From a virus (taxonomy: Duplodnaviria; Caudoviricetes), in IMG/VR virus record IMGVR_UViG_3300031953_000014, positions 1 to 56,131 of that record: a stretch of 56,131 bases of DNA; one strand, given 5' to 3'. This document shows, piece after piece, positions 9,364 to 19,440 of the stretch. Below the pieces are notes generated by a model. It saw only the letters and a program-made list of their open reading frames with translations, was not told the DNA's origin and ran no database searches. Within the stretch, counting starts at the first letter, position 1, and every line of letters starts with the position of its first letter. Position numbers and translations under genes: made by a program.

Positions 9364-9818
9364 CGAAGCCTATAGCGTTTGCGCCTGGCGCGATCCGAGA
9401 GTATCTGCTCAGTAAAGACGAGTTTGTGGCGTTGGTCAATCCGGCGAATGTGACTACACGCGAATTGCCTGAACGGATTGTGGCACCGTGTGTGACTATC
9501 CGTGTTCCGGGCAATGTTGGCGGCGACCCTATCTTGCGGCGTCCGCTGATTGTGGTGAATGCGTGGGTTCCGCCGATTAGCGTCATGGGTGGCACGACTG
9601 ACCCTGATGAGGTTGCGTGGGATATTGCAGCTATGGCTGGGGCGATCATCGGGCGGGGCCGGAACATTAAGTACCGCGAGTCTGTGTGGTCGGCTGCATG
9701 GAATTCGGGGCCGATTGTCCCTGATCCTGACTTTCAGCGTGGCAAAGATATTCCACTCTATAGGGCTTTTGTCACTATTGAGATGAAGCAGCGCGAGAAG
9801 CCGGCACGGACCCCTTAA
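9360..9818 (+). CDS. tail terminator
   Basis: size and position immediately before major tail gene. Confidence 0.6.
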   Translation: MTKPIAFAPGAIREYLLSKDEFVALVNPANVTTRELPERIVAPCVTIRVPGNVGGDPILRRPLIVVNAWVPPISVMGGTTDPDEVAWDIAAMAGAIIGRGRNIKYRESVWSAAWNSGPIVPDPDFQRGKDIPLYRAFVTIEMKQREKPARTP

Positions 9819-9921
9819 ATGGGCGGTTCATTCTTTCACCCTATCGACGTTTGGCGTTTGCCGGTGTTGGTTGGGTTTCATTTTTCGCTCACAGTGTGTG
9901 AGCCTATATAGGAGGTTACCC

Positions 9922-10485
9922 GTGAGCACTTACGCGGACCCAAGTAAAGCATTTGTTTGGTTGGATGGCGACGTTTTCCGTGCCCCTGCCGATACCGCTC
10001 TCCCCGCTGATCCTTTCGCGCCTGTCGTGACGACTGGTAGCGCGCCTGGTGTTACGTGGGATGCGTATGGCGGCATTGAGACCGGGTTTGAGGTCAACCC
10101 GTCCCGAGACATCACCAACCTGAACGTATGGAATCGCCGTGGCGCGCCGTACAAGGTCATTAAGGGTGTCCTCGAAGAGAACATCAAGTTCCGTGCCTCT
10201 GATTACTCGAAGGCAACGGTTCTTACCGCTCTCCAGGGTGGCGCTATCACCCAGGTTGGCGCTACCGAGGTTTACAAGTGGGAGCCGGGTGACGATGAGG
10301 ACTTCGCTCTCATCTTCCGTCTCACTGATGAGGATGACGCTGCCGGCTTCTACTGCCCCCGCGTGACTCTGACGACTCCTCCGCCCCGCGTGTTCGGTGG
10401 AGAAACGCTGGATGGTTTCGACTTTGAGGTTCGGGCATTGGCACCTATTGTCCCGATCACCAACTGGTCCCCGCTCGCCCCCTGA
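9922..10485 (+). CDS. major tail protein
   Basis: GGAGGT SD; ADPSKAFVWLDGDVFRAP, WDAYGGIETGF motifs; position. Confidence 0.82.
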   Translation: MSTYADPSKAFVWLDGDVFRAPADTALPADPFAPVVTTGSAPGVTWDAYGGIETGFEVNPSRDITNLNVWNRRGAPYKVIKGVLEENIKFRASDYSKATVLTALQGGAITQVGATEVYKWEPGDDEDFALIFRLTDEDDAAGFYCPRVTLTTPPPRVFGGETLDGFDFEVRALAPIVPITNWSPLAP

Positions 10486-10511
10486 TCGACCTAGTTTAGG
10501 AGTTTCACATT

Positions 10512-10958
10512 ATGCCAGGCACCCCGCGTAAGCAGTCTCCGAAGGTTCAGCCCGCAAAGGTTGTTCCCCCGGTGGCTGCAGAATCGTCTCCGGAAGTGGT
10601 GGAGCGGTTCAACGTACTCGACATTCTTGCAGTGGGCAGTGAAGAGCCGTATCCGATCACCTTGTTCGGTGTGGACGCTGAGGTTCGGCGCACATTCACT
10701 GGCGAGGATGCGGTTAAGTTTTTCGCATTGGCCGGCGAGAAGGACTACGAAACGCTTTTGACATTGATTACCAATAAGGGTTCCGAGTTGTGGGAGAAAA
10801 TTGGCGGGCTAAACGCCACCCAAGCTGCGGCAGTCCTCAACAAGGTGATCGAATTGTCAGGATTGTTTGAGGGGAAACTCTTAGCGCCTTTGCCTGCCTA
10901 CTCTCAGGGGATGGCTGGGGCGCAGCATACGCAGGTTTCCAGTCTCGCTACGGGCTAA
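10512..10958 (+). CDS. tail assembly chaperone (short form)
   Basis: between major tail and TMP; contains slippery GGGGAAA at 10871-10877. Confidence 0.8.
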   Translation: MPGTPRKQSPKVQPAKVVPPVAAESSPEVVERFNVLDILAVGSEEPYPITLFGVDAEVRRTFTGEDAVKFFALAGEKDYETLLTLITNKGSELWEKIGGLNATQAAAVLNKVIELSGLFEGKLLAPLPAYSQGMAGAQHTQVSSLATG

Positions 10959-11356
10959 ATCTGCGGGAAGTGTTGCGTGGGCGTGACTGGCGTGATGTGA
11001 GCGAACTGCTTCAACGGCTGCCAGGGGAGTGGTCGTTGGAGGCCGAGAATATGGCCATGTTTTTGGATCGGTTCGACTTCTTTTTGAACAGTGAGTATGC
11101 GTCGTGGACTGCTGATCCGAAGGATGAGAAGCAGCGTGCGGCAGATGCTGAGAGGCGTCGGCGGGATGGCCATAAGACTCCGCCGACGCCTCTCCTGTTT
11201 CCTGTGGCTTTGCGGCCGGATGATGTGTTGAAGGTCCGGTTTGATCAGTATGAGAAGCGGGTTGCTGAGTTTAAGCCGCCTGAGCGGTTGGGTGCTGGTG
11301 GTGGCAAGTTGGAGAATGTGAAGCCGCGTGATCTTGCGTCGCTGCTCGGTTTTTAG
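10871..11356 (+). CDS. tail assembly chaperone, -1 frameshift extension (fused to frame starting 10512)
   Basis: -1 frame open from 10874 (ETLSAFAC..RYGLNLREV) to 11356; standard G/GT arrangement. Confidence 0.75.
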   Translation, partial: GETLSAFACLLSGDGWGAAYAGFQSRYGLNLREVLRGRDWRDVSELLQRLPGEWSLEAENMAMFLDRFDFFLNSEYASWTADPKDEKQRAADAERRRRDGHKTPPTPLLFPVALRPDDVLKVRFDQYEKRVAEFKPPERLGAGGGKLENVKPRDLASLLGF

Positions 11357-11655
11357 TTGATGTTTTGGTCTTCTAGGTAGCGCATGAATGCTGTTTCGGT
11401 GCATGTGTAGGGTGCGGTTCGGCCGCGCCCTGCCATGACATCGAGCGACACGTTCATTGCTGCGATTCTTTCGGATGAAGACGCGCTGGGGTCTGCCAGC
11501 GTATTCGTTGCGGCGGTCATTTCAAAGAATCCGGGTGTCACGTTTTTGAAGGTTTCGCAGGCTTGTTCGCGTGGGGTGGGCGATGCCGGTTCACTTGTGC
11601 ATCCGGTGAGGAGTAGTGCGCCGAGTATGGCTCCTGCGATTGCAATCCGTTTCAT
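11353..11655 (-). CDS. lipoprotein (moron-like)
   Basis: MKRIAIAGAILGALLLTG-C lipobox; antisense to tail operon. Confidence 0.75.
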   Translation of the reverse strand: MKRIAIAGAILGALLLTGCTSEPASPTPREQACETFKNVTPGFFEMTAATNTLADPSASSSERIAAMNVSLDVMAGRGRTAPYTCTETAFMRYLEDQNIN

Positions 11656-11795
11656 TGTCCCGCGCCTTCACTTTAGGTCCGTTGCTTTGTGGTGACGGTA
11701 TCACAGTTGTTTTCAAAGTTCATAGAGATTGCTGAGCCGCGTCACTCCCATTGTGGGGGCTTTCAGGTTCCTTAAAGAGTTTGGTGGTGGTTATC

Positions 11796-14700
11796 CTGGC
11801 CGGCGGAGTCCTAGATATCGCGGTACGTCCTGATTTGAATGGATTCAACTCAGCACTAAACAGGGGGCTTTCTGGTGCGCTAAAGATTGGCGCATCGTTC
11901 GGTGTGGCATTTGGTGCCGCTACTGCGTTCTCTGAAATCATTACGCTCGGCAACGATCTAACTAACACGCTGAACACGATGCAGTCAGTGTCGTCTGCCA
12001 CTGCATCTGAGATGGCCGCGGTTTCTGACCGCGCTAAAGAGCTTGGTAACGATATTAGTTTGTCGAATACTTCGGCTACTGATGCTGCGGCGGCGATGAC
12101 GGAGCTTGCCAAGGGCGGGTTCTCTGTCCAAGAGGCTATGGATGGCGCTAAGGGTACGTTGCAGTTGGCTGCTGCGGCTGGGATTGATGCGGCTACTGCT
12201 GCGACTATTCAGTCTCAGGCGTTGCAGGCGTTCGGGTTGAGTGCGGATTATGCGGCTACTGCTGCCGATGTGTTGGCGAATGCGGCTAATGCTTCGTCTG
12301 CTGAGATCACGGATATTTCGTCGGGTTTGGCGCAGTCCGGCGCGGTCGCTAATCAGTTTGGTTTGACGATTGAGGACACGGCGGCGACGTTGGGTGTCCT
12401 CTCGAATGCCGGTATTGCTGGTTCTGATGCGGGAACACTGTTGAAGTCTGCACTGTTGTCGTTGACGGATCAGGGCAAGCCGGCGCAGGCGGCGATTGAA
12501 GAACTCGGTTTGACTGTGTATGACGCGCAGGGCCAGTTCATTGGCATGTCGTCACTGTTTGGTCAGTTGGATGAGGCTGCGGCGAGTATGACGCCTGAGC
12601 TTTACCAGGCTGCTACTGCGACTTTGTTCGGTTCGGATGCTATGCGTTTGGCTGGTGTGGCTGCTGAGCAGGGCCAGGCTGGTTACGACAAGATGCTTAC
12701 GGCTGTTGAGCGTCAGGGTGCGGCGGCTGAGGTTGCGGCTGCGAAGTCGAAGGGTCTACCGGGCGCGTTGGCTGGTATTCAGAACTCGGCTGAGACTTTG
12801 GCGCTTGAATTGTATGACTTGATTGATGGTCCGATGGAGGACTTTGCGAGGTCGGGCGCGGACAAGCTGACTGGTGCTACAGATGCCATTGTCGACGGGT
12901 TTAAGACAGTCGGTTCGGCGCTTGCCCCAGTGTTGTCGGTCGTGGGGTCTGCGGTGTCGGCATTCAGGTCACTGCCAGGGCCTGTACAGGTTGCTACGGC
13001 TGCGCTCGTGCTGCTCAAAACGACTGGCGTGGGTGCTGCTCTTGCAGGGGCGGTGACTGCGACTACTGCCGCGTTCAGCCGGTTCGGAACTGCCATGGCT
13101 GCGCAGGCGTTTAACGCTGCGGCGGCTGGCCGTTCAATGGGAGTGCTTGGTGCCGCGACTGCTGTTGTTAGTCAGCGGGTAGGCGGGGTATCTGGCGCGT
13201 TTAAGTCTATGGCTGGTGCGCTCGGTGGCCCGTGGATGATCGCGGCTGTCGCGGCGGCGGCATCCATCTATGCAATCAATAATGAGTTTAAGAATCTCCA
13301 GGCACAGCAGGACGCCATTTCAGGGTCGTCGCGGGATGTTAGTGCGGCGCAACGAGATATGTCGAAAGCGTTTCAGGAGTCGAATGGTGCAGTGTCGGAT
13401 CAGGTGCTTGGTGCTGTTGGTATGCAGATCGATTCGGTGCGTGAGAAGGCGAACAAGCTAGCAGAGAATGGTCCGGGCGCTTTCAGTATTTTCGCTGCGG
13501 CCGGGTCTGACATTAAAGGTTGGTTTAGTGGTGTTCTCCAGGCTGGCGGGGATGCGATGATTGCGCAGCAGGCGCTAGCTGATGAGGGCGCGAAGACTGA
13601 ATCGGGTCTGCGTAATCTCGGTAAGACTAATCAGGAAGTAGCTGCGGCTGTTTCTGGTTCTGATTCGGAGTGGAATGCGTTGGCTAACGGATTGCGAGGT
13701 ACTGCGGATGGCGGCGCGGAAGCGTTGTCGGAGTTGCAGCTGTTGCGTGACGAAATAGTCAAGGCTAGGGAGTCTGCAAAGAACACAACTCCGGGATTCT
13801 TTGATCTGAAGGATGCCGTCAAGGTTCTTTCGGATGAGTCATCCACTGCGACGGATCGTATCAATGCGATGAAGGTTGCGTTGGATGTCCTGTCGGGCAA
13901 GCCGATCCCATTGTCTGATGCGTTGCAGACTTACAACGATCAGGTGCGGGCGACGGCTGCGGCTACGTCGGATGTGTGGAATGCCGCTGATGGTTGGGGC
14001 GACGCCTTGGTTGGGCAGAATGGCGCGGTCAATACTGCGACCGCGAATGGATCTAAGCTCCGTGATGAATTGTTGGCGATGAAGGATGCCACGATTGCTG
14101 TTGCTGAGTCTGGCGGCGATTTGGGGCCGGTTTGGGCGCAAAACGATGAGAGTTTGCAGCGCCTGTCTAATTCGACTGGCGTGAGCGTTGCAGCGTTGCG
14201 GGCGATGATTGAGGCTGAAGGTCTCATTCCGAAAAACATTGAGATGCTTGCAGCTTTGCGCGGTGCGGACAGTGTTGTGCAACAGTTGGAAATCATCGGT
14301 GGGCTTTTGCGTGGCGTCGGGCAGCCTGTCGACATTCCGGTGGATGCTCTCACTGATGATGCTAAACGCAAGATCATTGAGGTTGGCGGCGTTGTCGAGA
14401 CTGACATTGAGGGCAAGCCTGGGATTGTGCGGATCACTGCACCCAACCAGGAAGCATTGGACGGTATCCGTGAGGTAACGGATGGACTGAACGGGTTGCC
14501 GCCGAATAAGTCGACACAGTTACAGGTTGATGGTGTTGGTGACGCGCTCAACAAGATTAGCGTTGTGCAGGGTGCGTTGAATCGTTTGAGTGATCCTCAG
14601 CCTAGGGCGCAGGTGCCGAAGTTGAATATTCCGACTCCTGGCGGCGCTCCGCTACCGGGTAGGGCTGATGGTGGCAGGTTGCCGACTACTGGCCCTGGCA

Positions 14701-16799
14701 CGTCTGTCACGGATGGCATTCTGGGTGTAGCAGCGTCTGGTATGCCGATTGCGCGTGTCGATGCCGGCGAATGGATCATCAACGGTAATTCTTCGCAGCA
14801 ATACAATCGCGAGCTGGCGATGATTAATGCGGGGACGTTCCCTAAGCTGCCTGGGTTCAATTCTGGCGGCATTGTGGGCAGCATGGAGGATTGGGTCAAC
14901 CAGGTCCAGCCTGGCATGTCTATGACTTCAGGGCAGCGTAACACGGATAATGGTTATCATTCGTCGGGTAATGCTGCCGATTTCTCTAATGGTAGTGGTA
15001 ATACGGATGAGCAGTTGTCGTTGGCGCAGACTATCGCGGCGGCATACCCGGATTCGTTGGAACTGATTTATGATGATCCGCGTTTTTATGGACAGGAGAT
15101 CAAGAATGGTGCCCCGGTTGATTCGTCATTTTATGATGGTGCTGGGGATCATACGAATCATGTTCATTGGGCGATGGGTTCTGCGCCTTCGTTGGGGATG
15201 GTTGATGGCGCGTATGCGCCGTTGTCTGACCGGGAGCAGGTCGCGCAGGCCATTATCGATGAGGGTAAGCGGCGCGGGATAACACCTAATGGCATTAAGG
15301 CTGCCGTGATGACGGGGTTGGCTGAGTCTGACCTGTCTGTTGTTGATGGTGGCCCTGATACGTCGACTGGCCCGTTTCAGCAGCAGGAGTCTTGGGGTTC
15401 TTATGAGGATCGTATGGACCCGACTGTTTCTGCTGGCAAGTTTTATGACCGGTTGGTCGAGTTTGATTACGACAGTATGGACCCGGCGGCGGCTGCGCAG
15501 CGTGTTCAGCAGTCGGCGTTTGCTGATGGCTCAAATTATGCGGTGAAGTCTGGTGAGGCTGACGGCATAATTGCGGCGTTGGATTCGCGGGGCGATTCTG
15601 TGGCGGTTGCCGAGAAGGGCTTTGAGGGTGCCGCTAATTCGAAGTGGGCAGAGAAAGACAAGCTCGCTCTCGACTCCGCAATGGTGGCCATCCGTCAGGC
15701 GCAGGAAGACCGAGACGCTGTCTACGCAGACGATAAGAAGTCGCAGGCAGATCGGGAGCAGGCGGACCTGAAGGTCAAGCAGGCTGAGGCCAAGGTCCGT
15801 GAGCTTGAAGCGGAACGCGATACGCCGACCGCAACGAAGGACACGGACGATAAGCGGCCGGCACCAAACGCACCCGAGCTGACAACTAATCTCAACGATG
15901 AGGAGATCAGTCTCAAGTCGGCGGAATTGGCAGTCGAGAAGGCACGCCTGTCACGCAATGAGGCATACGCAGAGGAAGGCGCTACTGAGGCTGACAAGCT
16001 CGATGCCGACTTGTCTTACCAACGCGCCAAGAACGCATTGGATGAGGAGCGTAAGAAGCAGTCTGAGGTCGGTAAGGATTCCGCTAAGGGGTCTGGGTCG
16101 TCTTCTCAGGGCACGGCATCTAACCCGGTAGACCTACTGGGCAATGTCGCTAAATCGTTCGTTACGGGACAGTTGAGTGACGCTTTAGGTGTGTTCGGGT
16201 TGTCGGATGATATGGGCAGTGTTGGCGCGCTGATTACGGCTATCGCTAATTACAAGTCTGTTCCTATCGAGGGTGCACCTGAAGGTAAAACTAAGGGTTC
16301 CGAATCTGATAGCAAAGACTCGGTGCCTGGCGTTAATGCCGCTAACGGCTTGCAAGCTTTGTTCGGTGGCCAGTTCACTGAGGAGTTTCGGAAGTCGTTT
16401 GGCGCGGAGGAAGATTCCGCGTTGGTCGGGAAAGTTTTCGATGGCCGCGAGTGGCTGAAGAAGATGGAAGCTGGTCTTCGGGTGCCTACTGTTTTGCGCG
16501 ATATGGGCGGACCACTGCCTCACGGTATGGCTGCACTGAATATGTCGGGTGACACCGAGCATGTGTATACGGGCAAGCAGAACAAGGACATGTTCAAGGA
16601 ATTGGCTTCTATCCGTTCGTCGGTGGGCAGTAATGGTGGTGGCGGATTGAATATGAGTGAGTTCACGAAACAGGTCGACAGGTTGGCGGAAAACTCGTCA
16701 CGCCCGAATGTCACCTATCACACGGACAGTATCGCGGCGGCTATGCGTGAAGACCGTGTGCGGCAAACACAACAGTCCCTAACTTATTCCCGGAGGTGA
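11796..16799 (+). CDS. tape measure protein with C-terminal peptidoglycan-hydrolase-like motifs; start uncertain (CTG 11796 or GTG/TTG 11781-11787)
   Basis: ~1670 aa Ala-rich; TP901-type TMP core; YHSSGNAADF..HTNHVH and AES..GPFQQ..WG..AQRVQQSAF motifs. Confidence 0.93.
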   Translation: MAGGVLDIAVRPDLNGFNSALNRGLSGALKIGASFGVAFGAATAFSEIITLGNDLTNTLNTMQSVSSATASEMAAVSDRAKELGNDISLSNTSATDAAAAMTELAKGGFSVQEAMDGAKGTLQLAAAAGIDAATAATIQSQALQAFGLSADYAATAADVLANAANASSAEITDISSGLAQSGAVANQFGLTIEDTAATLGVLSNAGIAGSDAGTLLKSALLSLTDQGKPAQAAIEELGLTVYDAQGQFIGMSSLFGQLDEAAASMTPELYQAATATLFGSDAMRLAGVAAEQGQAGYDKMLTAVERQGAAAEVAAAKSKGLPGALAGIQNSAETLALELYDLIDGPMEDFARSGADKLTGATDAIVDGFKTVGSALAPVLSVVGSAVSAFRSLPGPVQVATAALVLLKTTGVGAALAGAVTATTAAFSRFGTAMAAQAFNAAAAGRSMGVLGAATAVVSQRVGGVSGAFKSMAGALGGPWMIAAVAAAASIYAINNEFKNLQAQQDAISGSSRDVSAAQRDMSKAFQESNGAVSDQVLGAVGMQIDSVREKANKLAENGPGAFSIFAAAGSDIKGWFSGVLQAGGDAMIAQQALADEGAKTESGLRNLGKTNQEVAAAVSGSDSEWNALANGLRGTADGGAEALSELQLLRDEIVKARESAKNTTPGFFDLKDAVKVLSDESSTATDRINAMKVALDVLSGKPIPLSDALQTYNDQVRATAAATSDVWNAADGWGDALVGQNGAVNTATANGSKLRDELLAMKDATIAVAESGGDLGPVWAQNDESLQRLSNSTGVSVAALRAMIEAEGLIPKNIEMLAALRGADSVVQQLEIIGGLLRGVGQPVDIPVDALTDDAKRKIIEVGGVVETDIEGKPGIVRITAPNQEALDGIREVTDGLNGLPPNKSTQLQVDGVGDALNKISVVQGALNRLSDPQPRAQVPKLNIPTPGGAPLPGRADGGRLPTTGPGTSVTDGILGVAASGMPIARVDAGEWIINGNSSQQYNRELAMINAGTFPKLPGFNSGGIVGSMEDWVNQVQPGMSMTSGQRNTDNGYHSSGNAADFSNGSGNTDEQLSLAQTIAAAYPDSLELIYDDPRFYGQEIKNGAPVDSSFYDGAGDHTNHVHWAMGSAPSLGMVDGAYAPLSDREQVAQAIIDEGKRRGITPNGIKAAVMTGLAESDLSVVDGGPDTSTGPFQQQESWGSYEDRMDPTVSAGKFYDRLVEFDYDSMDPAAAAQRVQQSAFADGSNYAVKSGEADGIIAALDSRGDSVAVAEKGFEGAANSKWAEKDKLALDSAMVAIRQAQEDRDAVYADDKKSQADREQADLKVKQAEAKVRELEAERDTPTATKDTDDKRPAPNAPELTTNLNDEEISLKSAELAVEKARLSRNEAYAEEGATEADKLDADLSYQRAKNALDEERKKQSEVGKDSAKGSGSSSQGTASNPVDLLGNVAKSFVTGQLSDALGVFGLSDDMGSVGALITAIANYKSVPIEGAPEGKTKGSESDSKDSVPGVNAANGLQALFGGQFTEEFRKSFGAEEDSALVGKVFDGREWLKKMEAGLRVPTVLRDMGGPLPHGMAALNMSGDTEHVYTGKQNKDMFKELASIRSSVGSNGGGGLNMSEFTKQVDRLAENSSRPNVTYHTDSIAAAMREDRVRQTQQSLTYSRR

Positions 16800-16802
16800 T
16801 TC

Positions 16803-17699
16803 GTGCCTGTAACTCAAGTATCAGTTGAAGGATTCAACGGAAACGAATGCATTCTCGCGGGGGATGGGGAAGGCGACCTTGGGGCTTTCCTGCTAACGGA
16901 TGTCGAGGGCATCTATGACGCTCCGGTGGAGACGATTAGAAACTCGCATGCGTTTCAGATTGGCTCCGATTTCGGCGGGCTCCGCAACTTGGAGCGCGTC
17001 GTCGTATTCGGTGTGTTGATTGATACGTCGAATGGGTCAACGTGGCAGGAGAATGATTCGGAGTTTCGGAAACTTTGGTCTTATACGAAGGATTCGAAAC
17101 TGTGGATTGAGACTGAGGATTCGCGCCGCTATTTGAAGGTTCGTTTGCGTGAGCAGCCGGACTTTAAGCCACAGTTTGATCCTAATCAGAATCGGATCAA
17201 TACGGTGACGTTGACGTTGGTTGCTGGCGATCCGTGGTGGTATGACTCGGAGGATGTTGATACGTGGGTTTCCACGGTCGACACATCGGACGGGTCTACC
17301 ACCACGGGCACTGTGACGGTGTCCAATCCGACTGACAATCCGATTTGGCTGAAGTGGATGATCCAGGCACCGGGCAAGCCGACATTGCCGGACTTTTCGT
17401 TTGGCGATGACAGGTTTGAGCGTGGCCTCATTGATGCTGACCGCCAGATTGTGATGCCTGAGCTGATGGCTGGCGAGCATGTCCGTGTCGATACGGACGA
17501 GCAAGCTAATGGCGGGCAGTGTGTGTCGTCTATTGATTCCGCGTATTACATGCGGATGGGTGGTGTGACGTTCTGTTATCCACTGCCTGCGTATACGGAT
17601 GAAATGGTGTTGCCGGTTGCGATGTCTCGTGCGCCGGCGGGTGTGGGGATTCAGGTTCGGTGCGAGCGTCCATTTTCGCGTCCGTTTGGGCTTTTGTGA
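16803..17699 (+). CDS. minor tail protein (distal tail, Dit-like)
   Basis: first gene after TMP; VSNPTDNPIWLKW, LPDFSF, RPFSRPFGL motifs. Confidence 0.85.
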   Translation: MPVTQVSVEGFNGNECILAGDGEGDLGAFLLTDVEGIYDAPVETIRNSHAFQIGSDFGGLRNLERVVVFGVLIDTSNGSTWQENDSEFRKLWSYTKDSKLWIETEDSRRYLKVRLREQPDFKPQFDPNQNRINTVTLTLVAGDPWWYDSEDVDTWVSTVDTSDGSTTTGTVTVSNPTDNPIWLKWMIQAPGKPTLPDFSFGDDRFERGLIDADRQIVMPELMAGEHVRVDTDEQANGGQCVSSIDSAYYMRMGGVTFCYPLPAYTDEMVLPVAMSRAPAGVGIQVRCERPFSRPFGLL

Positions 17700-17713
17700 C
17701 TGGGTGGTGAGTT

Positions 17714-19406
17714 GTGACTGTTGTTGAGACTATAGATTTTGATGCTGAGTTTGCTGCGATTTCTGCCCGGTTGGAGCGGGAGAAGGAGCGTCGGCTGATT
17801 CCTCCTCTTATTCGTTTGTGGGATGGGGATTGGAATTTGCGGGGCGAGTGCCACCGCGAAAATTCGGCTAACTTCCAGTTTTTGGATAACGAGACTGGCA
17901 CTGGCCAGATTGAGATGCCGTTGGACTATTATTTGTCGCGGTGGCTTGCTGATATTCATTTGCGTCCTACGACTAACGTGTTTGCGACTGTCGAAAAAGA
18001 TGGTGCGCGTTGGTCTGGGATGATGGATGAGTTGAAGATCATCAAGAATGATGATGGTTCGAAGGTTGTGCGGGTTTTGTTTAAGCATGACTATGAGCAT
18101 TTGAAGCATATCATTGTGTGGGCTAACCCCTTTGCCTGCGCCCCCAACTTTGGCTAGTTGGGGGCGCAGGCAAAGGGCCTGATTCTTACCTGCGGAAATA
18201 CAGTTTCCGCGTACGTGGATGTGTTTTGGTCGCGCCAGGTGGGCGTTGAAAACAACGCTGATGGTGAACATTATGCGGCTCGAATCGAGTTTGTGGATGT
18301 TGCCGGATAATCCGATGGACCCTGCCGGCTGGTTCAATTTCGATCAGTCGACGTGGTCGCAGGTTGTGAAGCCTGAGACGACGGTGGATCGTAGTGTTGG
18401 CGCGATTGTGCATGGCCGTTTCAAGTATATGCATGATGTGTCGAAGAAGGTTGCGGCGGACGGCCAGTTGTCGTGGGAGCCGCGCCGCTATCTGGATGGT
18501 GATGAGCCACCGTGGGAGGGTGCTGATCTTCGTCACGGGTGTCTTGTGTGGGATCTGGTGGATAAGTCGGCGTTTACGACTGGTACGTCTTTTGGTGGCA
18601 ACATTTTTGCGGGTCTTTTCCGTGAGCTTATCAATATTGGTGGCGATGGTAAGACTGAGAATGTTGAGCAGGTTGATGATCCGAATGTTCCGGGCGAGTA
18701 TTTTGTTCCGAAGTTTCGTGGGACTGTGCCGTCGATGCCGGGTGTTGTGTATCGGGAGTCTGAGCATACTGGTATTCAGTCGTCTGAGTTTAGTCATAAG
18801 CCTGCTACTGATGTGGGGACTGTGGCTGGTGGGCATTCGATGCCTGGTGTTAATGAACTGATTTCTGCGGGTATTCAGATGGTCGGGGATTTGACTGCGA
18901 TGATTCCGGGTGTGCCACCTTTGGGTGGTGTTGCGGATGCAATCTTGAAGCCGCTTTATACGGATGTGTTTCTGGCGTTCGGTAAGTGGAAGTCTCCGCA
19001 GAGGGCGCAGCGGTTGGGTTGGTCTCACTACCACGAGAAGTGGGGTGAAGGCGCAGACCGGGCGTACACGCTGTCGTACCTGTTGGCGCAGCGTACCGCC
19101 ATGTATCAGACCCGCGAAGTGAACCGTTGCACACTGACGGTGGCGGATGGTGCACCGTGGAATATCGGCCAAAATGGGCACGGCCACTTCTTTATCGGGG
19201 ACCGTGTCGGTTTCACCATTCTCGGTATGGAGCCTGGCCGCATTTTTGTGGAGCAGGTTACTGAGTTGACGTTGGCTTGGGATCGTTCGTCTAGTCCTAC
19301 GTGGACTATTCAGATTGGGCAGCGTGAGCCTCAAGATCCGATCATTAAGGCGATTGAGGAAATTCAGGACATTGTTTCGATGCTGAACGAGTTGGGTTTG
19401 GTCTAG
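17714..19406 (+). CDS. minor tail/baseplate hub protein split by a 52-nt insertion (parts 17714-18133 and 18186-19406)
   Basis: PLIRLWDGDW N-terminus; WANPF in frame 1 continues as FLPAEIQFPRTW in frame 2; GHFFIGDRVGF near C-terminus. Confidence 0.85.
18128..18177. repeat. perfect 22-bp inverted repeat with 6-nt loop inside the minor tail gene
   Basis: CCCTTTGCCTGCGCCCCCAACT-TTGGCT-AGTTGGGGGCGCAGGCAAAGGG. Confidence 0.97.
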
Positions 19407-19440
19407 TTTCTGTCACTTTGTTTGTTGAGGGGTATTTGTT

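Noticed and set aside
18128-18182. group I/II intron, IS element or intrinsic terminator
   Set aside because: 52 nt is too short for a ribozyme core; no transposase or clear target duplication (the CCTGCG repeats are 54 nt apart and would not restore frame); no U-tract after the stem
2329-19334. long minus-strand ORFs (e.g. 2329-3237, 18186-19334)
   Set aside because: R/H/I/P/T-rich shadows of GT-biased plus-strand genes with no recognisable motifs
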